Virus record (IMG/VR): IMGVR_UViG_3300032268_001179 | Source: an uncultured virus (IMG/VR IMGVR_UViG_3300032268_001179) | Taxonomy: Duplodnaviria > Heunggongvirae > Uroviricota > Caudoviricetes | DNA: 64,000 nt | Direction: 5' to 3' (one strand) | In this document: one piece after another, positions 1 to 7,923 of the stretch | Numbering within the stretch: position 1 is the stretch's first letter | How the letters are laid out: each line of letters opens with the position of its first letter | The notes under the pieces: generated by a model | Database searches by the model: none | The model's input: only the letters and a program-made list of their open reading frames with translations | What the model was told of the DNA's origin: nothing | Made by a program: the position numbers and the translations under genes

Positions 1-41
1 ACTTAGAAGGTTTGCGCTCTATCCAGCTGAGCTACGGAGAC
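1..41 (-). tRNA. tRNA-Arg(UCU), 5' part (3' end runs off the window)
   Basis: Reverse complement reads GTCTCCG TA GCTC AGCTGGATA GAGC G CAAAC CT-TCT-AA GT: acceptor 5' strand, D arm and anticodon loop with TCT. Confidence 0.9.
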
Positions 42-46
42 AAATA

Positions 47-208
47 CTACAAAGTATCAATTTTTTTAGCAACTTCTTCGGCCTCAGCCATAAGTTTGTC
101 AGATGCGGTTCTATTTGTATGTGATAATTTATACGCCTCAGACATGAGTTTGGCGTAGGTTTCTTGTAGTTTTTCTTTTTCTGTTTTCTTCTTAAATAAT
201 CCGAACAT
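47..208 (-). CDS. Small Lacal_2735-family-like protein (53 aa)
   Basis: Manually translated, not in ORF track: MFGLFKKKTEKEKLQETYAKLMSEAYKLSHTNRTASDKLMAEAEEVAKKIDTL*; resembles the small flavobacterial Lacal_2735 family. Confidence 0.75.
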   Translation of the reverse strand: MFGLFKKKTEKEKLQETYAKLMSEAYKLSHTNRTASDKLMAEAEEVAKKIDTL

Positions 209-246
209 AATATATGAATAACACTATCGTCTTTGAAAGTTTTTAT

Positions 247-498
247 TTAATCTTTATGCCTTGCGGCGTTCAATCTACTTTCAAGTTTATCAAGTCGTGA
301 ATCAATTGTTCGATAAACATCATCTACAATTCTATCACGATCTCTCATTTGATTTTCAATTTCTCTTGCAAGAAACTGCTCTATTTGTTTAATTTCTTCC
401 TTCTGTTTATTCACTCTAACAAAAGCAATAACCGCAACCACTGCCACAGCAATGACCACAACTATAGACATTCCTAAAATAAATGATACTAAATCCAT
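247..498 (-). CDS. Single-pass membrane protein with C-terminal coiled coil
   Basis: MDLVSFILGMSIVVVIAVAVVAVIAFV hydrophobic helix; start placed at ATG 498 because AAAGGAGAG lies 6 nt upstream and the longer ORF overlaps the tRNA. Confidence 0.75.
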   Translation of the reverse strand: MDLVSFILGMSIVVVIAVAVVAVIAFVRVNKQKEEIKQIEQFLAREIENQMRDRDRIVDDVYRTIDSRLDKLESRLNAARHKD

Positions 499-585
499 AT
501 GATTCTCTCCTTTATTCCAAAGAACGATAGTGTTTGTATCAGAGATGGGAGTCGAACCCACACGGGCTTACGCCCAACAGATTTT

Positions 586-1279
586 CTTACCACTATGGTT
601 TTCACCACCTTCACAGTTTGTGGTCTGGACTATACCTTCACCATATTTTTCAACTTAGGTGTTCCCCGTCTAGTCTCTACACGTTCCCTTTCGGGCTTCG
701 CTCGGTATTCCCATTTCAAAGGGTTCACCGAATTTGAGGAATTCTACTTAAACGATTTCTCGTCTAGCACTCATGTTCTTGCCTCTATAGTTGTCGGTAA
801 ATGAATGACAATTAGGACATAGTAATTGTAAATTTTCAATCCTATTATCAAATTTATTACCGTTCACGTGATGTAATTCTAAAGGTATTGGTTTATCAAA
901 CCACTCAGAATTACTACACATTTCACAAACATGTTTCTTATAATCAAGTTTCAATAGTTGATTTTTCAAATTATAGCTAGAGATTGGTAAACCACTAGAG
1001 TACGTTGAATGCTCAACTAACTTGTGTGAAAGATCTTTAGATTTAGACCATTTTTTCCCTTTGTTCCATGTCATGCCATGAAAGTGAGACGTATCTATAT
1101 CCAACATTTTCAATCTGGTTTTAATATTTGCATAATTACCACCAGCTTCTTTCAAACCAAGTTTTTGTAAAACTTGTCTTACAGACCCACAGTCTTTTAC
1201 TATAGGTTCAAGGTATTCTTTCGTATATTTTGTGTTCATAATAATAAATATCATGAACTATGGTAAACGAAAAAGAATT
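586..1279 (-). mobile_element. Group I intron (IC3/trnL-like) inserted after U34 of the anticodon
   Basis: 5' exon ends in U and intron ends in G (586). Core elements: P AAATTCGGTGAA (735-724), Q AATACCGAGC (709-700), R GTGTAGAGACTAGACGG (682-666), S AAGGTATAGTCC (638-627). IGS ATGAGT (774-769) pairs with exon ACUU|A giving the U.G pair. Confidence 0.9.
748..1239 (-). CDS. Intron-encoded HNH homing endonuclease
   Basis: CEMC...LELHHVNGNKFDNRIENLQLLCPNCH HNH/zinc motif; lies inside the intron; likely start ATG 1239 (track start 1254). Confidence 0.9.
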   Translation of the reverse strand: MNTKYTKEYLEPIVKDCGSVRQVLQKLGLKEAGGNYANIKTRLKMLDIDTSHFHGMTWNKGKKWSKSKDLSHKLVEHSTYSSGLPISSYNLKNQLLKLDYKKHVCEMCSNSEWFDKPIPLELHHVNGNKFDNRIENLQLLCPNCHSFTDNYRGKNMSARREIV

Positions 1280-1349
1280 AAGTCTGTCATGTATACCATT
1301 CCATCACTCCGACATTGTGAAACAATATTAAAAAAAAATGGTGATATTA

Positions 1350-2078
1350 TCAACTATCACCAAATTCTTCTTCCCATAAAGTATCAGATGCTCCTTCTTC
1401 AGTATTGTATGAATGTGACAAATTGATCACAATATCTTTGAAGTCTAGTGTAAATCTACCCGAGGACCCTTCATTGATTTCCCAACCTGAATAGTAATTT
1501 TCCAACTGATTATACATCCAATCACCTATTTTCTCGGGTATTTCTTGACCATTTGTGAAACTTTCTTCCAAATAACCACTATCTCCACCACCATTGTATG
1601 TTGCCTCCAATTGACCATCCTCAGGAATATCTAAACTGTCCAATAGTCCCTCTTTTTTCCATTCGTCAAAGATTTCGGCACATAATTTTCCATCCCAACT
1701 CATTCCCTCAGCGTCTTGTTCATCATACCAACTCCAATAATGAATTAGTCCAATTTCTTTTTTTACTGCATCAATGTAAATTTCGAATCTTTGGAAAGAA
1801 ATTTCATTTGAAACATCACTTTGGTCACCGAATAAACCATATTTATTGCAATAGTCAATAATTTTTCTTAAAATTGGTTTTAATCCAAAAGGGATATCGA
1901 CGGTGTAGTTGTTAGTAAATTTAGTTAAGTATTGTTCTTGACTCGGTTGAAAATTAATTGTGTCATCCCATGTTTCGAGTTCATATTCTATTTCTGCCCA
2001 CGTCATTCCCATAGATCGTAAGTAGTTACAGACCATTCTAAGATACTTTTGTTCTTCGGGTGTTAAAATTTTTTTCAT
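1350..2078 (-). CDS. Hypothetical protein, C-terminal DUF6878-like domain
   Basis: YNGGGDSGY and GWEINEGSSG motifs recalled from DUF6878. Confidence 0.6.
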   Translation of the reverse strand: MKKILTPEEQKYLRMVCNYLRSMGMTWAEIEYELETWDDTINFQPSQEQYLTKFTNNYTVDIPFGLKPILRKIIDYCNKYGLFGDQSDVSNEISFQRFEIYIDAVKKEIGLIHYWSWYDEQDAEGMSWDGKLCAEIFDEWKKEGLLDSLDIPEDGQLEATYNGGGDSGYLEESFTNGQEIPEKIGDWMYNQLENYYSGWEINEGSSGRFTLDFKDIVINLSHSYNTEEGASDTLWEEEFGDS

Positions 2079-2089
2079 AACAATAAATA

Positions 2090-2443
2090 TCAGTCTTCAA
2101 ATTCTAATTTTATTGTTTTTAACATCCATTGAGGTCTTTGATGAGACATCATATTGTTAACCCATTCTTTGGCCGTTGGGATATAATTATTACAATCTTC
2201 TTTTACGTGTTGTTCTCCCACATATCGGGTGTAAACAATTTTTCCATCTGAGTTTTTGAATTCTGTCCCGAACCTTTTTTCCATTTCGAAAATTCCTTCA
2301 CTGTGGTGTCTGAACATTCGGTGTAAAGAATCTCCGAACCAACCTTTGGTTTCATCTAACCATTCGTGAAGATGAATATAGTCTTCAGGTTTGCCACCGA
2401 ATTTTTTCGCCGAAGATTTTGCGTGTAAGTTTGGATGTGCCAT
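2090..2443 (-). CDS. DUF6915-like His-rich protein
   Basis: MAHPNLHAKSSAKKFGG..DY..LHEWLDETK..HRMFRHHSEGIF..EQHVKED pattern. Confidence 0.7.
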   Translation of the reverse strand: MAHPNLHAKSSAKKFGGKPEDYIHLHEWLDETKGWFGDSLHRMFRHHSEGIFEMEKRFGTEFKNSDGKIVYTRYVGEQHVKEDCNNYIPTAKEWVNNMMSHQRPQWMLKTIKLEFED

Positions 2444-2451
2444 AATGTGAG

Positions 2452-2528
2452 TGGAGCCTCCTGTCGGATTCGAACCAACGACCCACGCATTACAAGTGCG
2501 TTGCTCTGGCCAACTGAGCTAAGGAGGC
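2452..2528 (-). tRNA. tRNA-Thr(UGU)
   Basis: GCCTCCT...ACGCA CT-TGT-AA TGCGT...GTTGG TTCGAAT CCGAC AGGAGGC T CCA cloverleaf. Confidence 0.95.
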
Positions 2529-2534
2529 TTTTTT

Positions 2535-2795
2535 TTAAAAATTTTGAATGACTTTCATAGCATCGGTGACATCGATTGGTCTCAAATAACCAACAACATC
2601 TCCATTTGCAACAGGATTGGTGTAATGAATTTCTGAGTCCTTGAATACCGCTAACTCATAAAGGCTCCTATCACCTCCATAGCTATACGGAGTCATTACG
2701 ACACTTACACCGTACCCATTGTAAAAATCCATACGGGCCTGTACACCCAATCCTGATGCATGTGGTCTGAACTCTAAATCTTCGAAAGTCTTCAT
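2535..2795 (-). CDS. Hypothetical phage protein
   Basis: 86-aa ORF between tRNAs, FYNGYGVSVV..YSYGG..LYELAV motif seen in phage hypotheticals. Confidence 0.7.
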   Translation of the reverse strand: MKTFEDLEFRPHASGLGVQARMDFYNGYGVSVVMTPYSYGGDRSLYELAVFKDSEIHYTNPVANGDVVGYLRPIDVTDAMKVIQNF

Positions 2796-2821
2796 TTATA
2801 TATAGTTTATAGATCAATTTT

Positions 2822-2898
2822 TGGTGGACCTGGCAGGAATCGAACCTGCTACCTTCACATTATGAGTGTGCCGCTCTAACCGAGTGAGCTACAGGTCC
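2822..2898 (-). tRNA. tRNA with CAU anticodon, probably Ile2 (lysidine) rather than Met
   Basis: GGACCTG...GCACA CT-CAT-AA TGTGA...GCAGG TTCGATT CCTGC CAGGTCC A CCA; G1-C72 paired and no 3 GC anticodon pairs, so not an initiator. Confidence 0.85.
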
Positions 2899-2996
2899 AT
2901 TGTTGTGTAAAGATAATCAATTTTTTTTAAATCCTATATTTATCTGTAAAAAAAAACGTGATTTACACATAAACTTTAAACTTTTTTATATGGACG

Positions 2997-3221
2997 ATGG
3001 TGAACAAAATAAAAACGTGGAGGAAGAACCTCCAAGACAACTTGTCTCAAGTATGTTTGATGTTTGCATTGTTTTTCAATCCTTTTGGGTTCGATGCCGT
3101 TCAATATTCCCTGATATTACTGACAGGAAGTTTATGGAACGCAAACTTCGTTTTGTATTGTGTTGCGGCGTTGTTTTTTGGGTTATATATCTATTTGCGA
3201 AGATTATCTAAGTCAGAATAA
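2997..3221 (+). CDS. Small two-helix membrane protein
   Basis: Two hydrophobic segments in a 74-aa ORF. Confidence 0.6.
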   Translation: MVNKIKTWRKNLQDNLSQVCLMFALFFNPFGFDAVQYSLILLTGSLWNANFVLYCVAALFFGLYIYLRRLSKSE

Positions 3222-3222
3222 A

Positions 3223-3570
3223 TTATTTCCAAAACAATTGAACTGCAACAATTGTAAACGCAAGTAACAAACAAATAATATTTTTTGTCGATAGATGTTC
3301 TTGAAATAGAACGGAAGATAGAATGGTAAATACTACTATTCCGAGAGCAAATCCAATGAGTCTACTTGGCCATATTTGTCCTCCAAATCCCTCAACAAAA
3401 AGGTTTACGGATTTAATATATATGTAACTTAATGGAACTCCGATCAAAACCATGACCCAAAGATGTTTTTCAGCCCAACCAAATTTGATCGATCCTTGAA
3501 GTTGTATAAAGGATCCAATTTGTCCTAAAATCATTAAAAAGGTTGCGAGAATTATCTTTGGTATATCCAT
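3223..3570 (-). CDS. Small 4-TM membrane protein (SMR/EamA-like size)
   Basis: 115 aa, about four hydrophobic helices. Confidence 0.6.
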   Translation of the reverse strand: MDIPKIILATFLMILGQIGSFIQLQGSIKFGWAEKHLWVMVLIGVPLSYIYIKSVNLFVEGFGGQIWPSRLIGFALGIVVFTILSSVLFQEHLSTKNIICLLLAFTIVAVQLFWK

Positions 3571-3584
3571 CTCACAATTATAAA

Positions 3585-3614
3585 AAAAATCCCTCAGATT
3601 TCCGAGGGATTTTT
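3585..3614 (-). terminator. Intrinsic terminator hairpin
   Basis: AAAAATCCCTC-8nt-GAGGGATTTTT overlapping the stop of 3594..4079. Confidence 0.6.
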
Positions 3615-4079
3615 AATTGAAGTTATATTTTTCGAAATTTTTTTAATTTTCATTCTACATTCTCTAACACCTGGACGAAGTGAAAGAATTTTTCGATCGT
3701 CAGTTCCCTCCATTTGAATGTCGAGTTGAGTTCCTTCATTTTTGAGAATTGATTCCACCGTAAGCTTTTGAGGATCAATTATATCGGTTGATGAAACTAC
3801 TTTACCTTTGAGAATTGATTCCACCCATTCCGATATAAGAGATTCATAGTCTTCTCGTTCCAAACTAAACAACACAAAAAAATTTTTGAAAAATTCATAT
3901 CTCCACCATAGGGTTCCCGACTTTCGGAATTCCAAATACCAATATTTGTTTGTACGATCAATAAACCAAATGGACTTATCATCATCAATGACCTCAACTT
4001 TACTTAAGTCTTTTTTTAACTTTTTGAAAATGATTTGTTTTAATCCCTCGTTCATATCAGTTGATGTCTTATGATACAA
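3594..4079 (-). CDS. Hypothetical protein
   Basis: 161-aa ORF, true start may be the second Met; TATTTTTG (TAnnTTTG) at 4084-4077. Confidence 0.6.
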   Translation of the reverse strand: MYHKTSTDMNEGLKQIIFKKLKKDLSKVEVIDDDKSIWFIDRTNKYWYLEFRKSGTLWWRYEFFKNFFVLFSLEREDYESLISEWVESILKGKVVSSTDIIDPQKLTVESILKNEGTQLDIQMEGTDDRKILSLRPGVRECRMKIKKISKNITSIKNPSEI

Positions 4080-4210
4080 AAATAATAATATTTTACGTAA
4101 TCTGAAAATAATTTAAATTTTTTCTGTTAACAACAACTTAGCCGTTTAATAATATTCATTTTGGGTATTAACGGAACGGTCATCCTAATTATTGTTGATA
4201 AAAATTATAT

Positions 4211-6697
4211 ATGATTAGGACACTAATTTTTTTACTCCTATTTCCATTGACCTTGTTTTCACAACAAAAGGAAATAACCATCAATGGGACAACAAAATCA
4301 AAAACTGAAGACATTTACTTCGCACACGTAACATTCCAAGATACTGACGGTAATAAGTTCACAACAATTTCAGATGAAAATGCTAAGTACAGTATAACAT
4401 TAAAAGAAGGAACTTATAATGTGAAAGGAACATACATTGGATATAAAGATTTCGTAACCACCATTACTGTAACCACGGCTACTATATTTGATATCCTTTT
4501 CGAACAAACTGATACAGAGTTGAATGAGGTACTTGTAAGAGGAACCGCTCAAAAAGTAACTGATATTTCGGTGATGAAAACAATCAGAAACAACATTGTT
4601 GTGTCAGATGGATTATCGATAGAGTTTATTAAAAAAACACCCGATAGAAACTTGGGAGATGCTTTGAAAAGAGTTAGTGGTGTTACAATACAGAATGATA
4701 AATTCGTTTTGGTTAGAGGACTTGCAGACAGATATAATTCGGCATTGTTAAATCAGACTCCATTGCCTTCTACGGAACCTGACAGACGGGCATTTTCATT
4801 TGATATTATACCAACATCCTTGATTGATAATATTATGGTATCGAAATCTTTTTCAGCAAACCAACCAGGTGATTGGAGTGGAGGTTTGGTACAAGTTACG
4901 ACAAAGGAAGTGTCCGACAATTTTTTGGATTTATCACTCGGGACAGGACTAGGGTTTGTCTCGAGTTTCCAAGACTTCAAACTGGTGGAATCGACCCCAT
5001 TTCCATCGACCTTTCCATCCACCTACAAATACCGAATAAGTGGTAATGGAGACAAAAGATTATATACCAAACAAATCGGAAATCCAACAGAAAATAATTT
5101 TCAATCAATACCGAATTTGAATGGAGGACTTTCTTTTGGATATGTAAAAAACAAATTCAATACATTATTCAGTTCAACAATTAGAAATCAATATACCCTC
5201 AACGATATTGAGAGAAAAGATTATCAATCCTCCACTGAGTTAGCATATGATTATAATGATAGATTATACACACAAAGATTTTCCACAAATGGATTGTTGA
5301 ACCTAACATACTTGGGTAAAAACAAATATAGTTGGAAAACTTTGGCAAACTTTCAAAAGGAAAGTTCTTATCTAACAAGAAGTGGTGAAAACTTTGACAA
5401 CGTACAAGATGTCTTGAGTAATGCGTCAAACCATATAAATAACGTGGTAATCAACTCACAGGTTGATGGTAATATTGAAACTTTTGATTTCAATTTCGGA
5501 TATAACTTTATTTTTAGAGAACAACCAGATTATAGAATAAATCCAATTACAAAATCTTTGGGAGTAAACGAACCTTATGCTACAGCATGGAGAGACACCT
5601 ATAGATTTTGGAGTGTTATGGACGAAAACTCATTCAACGGAAACGTGAAAAAAGATTTGGGTAAATTCGAAGTCGGTGGTGGATACTTGAAAAGAATGAG
5701 AGGGTTTAACGCAAGAGTATTCCGATATCAAACAACCGATTTGATGGATGAAATAACCAACAATACCGATAGATACACTGCGGACTTTGATTTGGGTAAT
5801 GTTTATTCCATGTATGAGAATGAAATTGGAAAATGGAAAATTAACACAGGTGTAAGAGGTGAATACAACTTGTTTGATGTGGAGACCGCAGATTTTAGTG
5901 GACAGAAAGTGAAAGTTGATAGAACCTACTTGGACATCTTACCTTCATTGAACCTTTCTTACAACTTAGATAAAACAAAATATAGATTTTCACTAAGCAA
6001 AACTTTGGCAAGACCTGAATTCAGAGAAGTCGCCAATTTCGCATATTATGATTTTGTAAGAAACGCACAAATATTAGGTAATTCAAATTTGGAAAAAACG
6101 GACATATACAATGTCGATTTAAAATATGAATTATACCCTTCGACCTCTGAAAATGTGTCGGTTTCATTTTTTGGTAAAAATTTCATAAATCCAATCGAAC
6201 AAGTTGTTGCCGATGGATCAGTCCCATCAAACTTACTTTTAACATACATGAATCCTGAATCGGCAATCGTATATGGCGTTGAAATGGAAGTAAGAAAAAG
6301 AATAAATGGATGGTTTGATTTTTATACCAACACCTCAATAATGAATTCTGAAGTTGATGTCAATGGGGTAAAAAGGCAACTACAAGGACAGTCCAATTAT
6401 GTGATAAATTCAGGAGTTAACTTTAACAAGAAAAATAATACTTTGAACTTAACATATAATAGAATTGGAGAAAGAATTGCCGCAGTCGGATTTCAAGGAT
6501 ATCCCGACATTTTTGAAAATAGTAGAGACGTATTGGACATTACATTCTTACGTAAATTACCAAAGGGAGAATTAAAATTAGCGATTTCAGACATCTTCGC
6601 TCAACCTTCAATAAACTATCAGAGATTATCAAATCGTAACTTAATAAACACAAATAACGAAACAACAGTTTCATTAACCTTAAATCTAAATTTATGA
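4211..6697 (+). CDS. TonB-dependent outer-membrane receptor
   Basis: Signal peptide, CarboxypepD_reg-like N-domain, plug (ALKRVSGVT..VLVRGLADRYN..FSFDIIP), beta-barrel with LARPEFRE and GNSNL motifs; 828 aa. Confidence 0.93.
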   Translation: MIRTLIFLLLFPLTLFSQQKEITINGTTKSKTEDIYFAHVTFQDTDGNKFTTISDENAKYSITLKEGTYNVKGTYIGYKDFVTTITVTTATIFDILFEQTDTELNEVLVRGTAQKVTDISVMKTIRNNIVVSDGLSIEFIKKTPDRNLGDALKRVSGVTIQNDKFVLVRGLADRYNSALLNQTPLPSTEPDRRAFSFDIIPTSLIDNIMVSKSFSANQPGDWSGGLVQVTTKEVSDNFLDLSLGTGLGFVSSFQDFKLVESTPFPSTFPSTYKYRISGNGDKRLYTKQIGNPTENNFQSIPNLNGGLSFGYVKNKFNTLFSSTIRNQYTLNDIERKDYQSSTELAYDYNDRLYTQRFSTNGLLNLTYLGKNKYSWKTLANFQKESSYLTRSGENFDNVQDVLSNASNHINNVVINSQVDGNIETFDFNFGYNFIFREQPDYRINPITKSLGVNEPYATAWRDTYRFWSVMDENSFNGNVKKDLGKFEVGGGYLKRMRGFNARVFRYQTTDLMDEITNNTDRYTADFDLGNVYSMYENEIGKWKINTGVRGEYNLFDVETADFSGQKVKVDRTYLDILPSLNLSYNLDKTKYRFSLSKTLARPEFREVANFAYYDFVRNAQILGNSNLEKTDIYNVDLKYELYPSTSENVSVSFFGKNFINPIEQVVADGSVPSNLLLTYMNPESAIVYGVEMEVRKRINGWFDFYTNTSIMNSEVDVNGVKRQLQGQSNYVINSGVNFNKKNNTLNLTYNRIGERIAAVGFQGYPDIFENSRDVLDITFLRKLPKGELKLAISDIFAQPSINYQRLSNRNLINTNNETTVSLTLNLNL

Positions 6698-7890
6698 AAA
6701 AACTATTAACAATCTTATTAGCATTAGGACTTTTCAGTTGTGAAAAGAATCTTGGAGGTGAGGAGGGACCGATTAACGTTCCAACCACTACAACACTCAC
6801 GGGTAATATAAACACAACCACAACTTTGACATCTGATAAAGTTTGGACTCTTAAAGGGTATGTTTATGTAACCGATGGGGCAAAACTTATTATTCAACCT
6901 GGTACTACCATAGTTTCAGACTTGGGAGAAAAAGGTGCATTATGTATTGAAAGAGGGTCTCAGATTATTGCTGAGGGAACACAATCAAAACCAATTATAT
7001 TCACGTCTGGTAAACCCGTGGGTGAACGATCTCCTGGTGATTGGGGTGGTATAGTAATATTGGGAAGAGCGAAGACAAACCGTGCTTCTGAACCTACAAT
7101 AGAAGGTGGAATTGGAAGACCTTACGGTGGAACAAATGACTCTGATAATAGTGGTGTATTAAAATTTGTCAGAATAGAATATGCGGGTATTGCGGCAATG
7201 CCGAATTCTGAAATAAATGCATTAACACTCGGAGGAGTCGGAAATGGAACTATTATCGAAAACGTACAAACAGTGTATGCTAACGATGATGCGTTTGAAT
7301 TCTTTGGTGGAACTGTAAATGCAAAAAATCTTTACGCATATGCTACCGCTGACGATGATTTTGATTTTGACTTCGGGTATACTGGCACCATCACAAACGG
7401 TGTGGCAAAGAGAGACCCACAATTTGTAGATAGTGGTGATGCTGGTAATGGTGTAGAATGTGATAACGATGGAACTGGATCATCCGCACAACCTTACACT
7501 CATCCAAAACTTTTTAACATGATTTTAGTTGGTCCAAACATTGGTTCCGCTTTGGCGAATCATAATCTCGGATTGAGATTTAGAAGAGCGACCCAATTCA
7601 CCATGAAAAATAGTGTTGTTTGGGGATGGATGAAAGGTGGATTGAGTTTGGAAAGTAACGAAACTGCACAATTTGTTAAAGACGGAGTATCCGTATTTGA
7701 GAATAACTCAGTTGGTACGTTCAACCCTACTCTGAACTTTATTAGTAGAGCGACTACAATTTTGACAAGTGATCAACTTAAAACTTTGGCACTTTCAAAG
7801 AGTAATAAGGAAATTGATGTTGTAATACCTGAATTGGCAACTCCGAGTTGGACTAATGGTTGGACAAGATTTCCTTCAAAAGGAAATTAA
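6694..7890 (+). CDS. Surface lipoprotein with beta-helix, TBDR partner
   Basis: Lipobox LFS-C; AEGT..PIIFTS, GDWGGIVILG, DDAFEFFGG and DDDFDFDFGY motifs; start overlaps the end of the TBDR gene. Confidence 0.85.
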   Translation: MKKLLTILLALGLFSCEKNLGGEEGPINVPTTTTLTGNINTTTTLTSDKVWTLKGYVYVTDGAKLIIQPGTTIVSDLGEKGALCIERGSQIIAEGTQSKPIIFTSGKPVGERSPGDWGGIVILGRAKTNRASEPTIEGGIGRPYGGTNDSDNSGVLKFVRIEYAGIAAMPNSEINALTLGGVGNGTIIENVQTVYANDDAFEFFGGTVNAKNLYAYATADDDFDFDFGYTGTITNGVAKRDPQFVDSGDAGNGVECDNDGTGSSAQPYTHPKLFNMILVGPNIGSALANHNLGLRFRRATQFTMKNSVVWGWMKGGLSLESNETAQFVKDGVSVFENNSVGTFNPTLNFISRATTILTSDQLKTLALSKSNKEIDVVIPELATPSWTNGWTRFPSKGN

Positions 7891-7891
7891 A

Positions 7892-7920
7892 AAAAAAGGG
7901 AGTTAAAAACTCCCTTTTTT
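7892..7920. terminator. Bidirectional intrinsic terminator
   Basis: AAAAAAGGGAGTT-loop-AACTCCCTTTTTT between the converging lipoprotein gene and tmRNA. Confidence 0.85.
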
Positions 7921-7923
7921 ATT

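Larger units (their letters stand above)
537..1313 (-). tRNA. trnL: tRNA-Leu(UAA) interrupted by a group I intron (exons 1313-1280 and 585-537)
   Basis: Joined exons give GTCGGAG TGATGGAATGGTATACATG ACAGA CT-TAA-AA TCTGT, long variable arm GGGCGTAAGCCC, GTGGG TTCGACT CCCAT CTCTGAT A; no encoded CCA. Confidence 0.92.

Noticed and set aside
499..561. N-terminal extension of ORF 247..561
   Set aside because: Overlaps the tRNA T arm; the SD supports ATG 498
499..804. Plus-strand ORFs 499..804 and 534..737
   Set aside because: Antisense to the tRNA-Leu 3' exon and the intron core; no protein features
3740..3826. ~20-bp direct repeat (TTTGAGAATTGATTCCACC) as a DGR template/variable pair
   Set aside because: Too short, no adenine-specific mismatch pattern, no reverse transcriptase in the window; encodes VESILK twice
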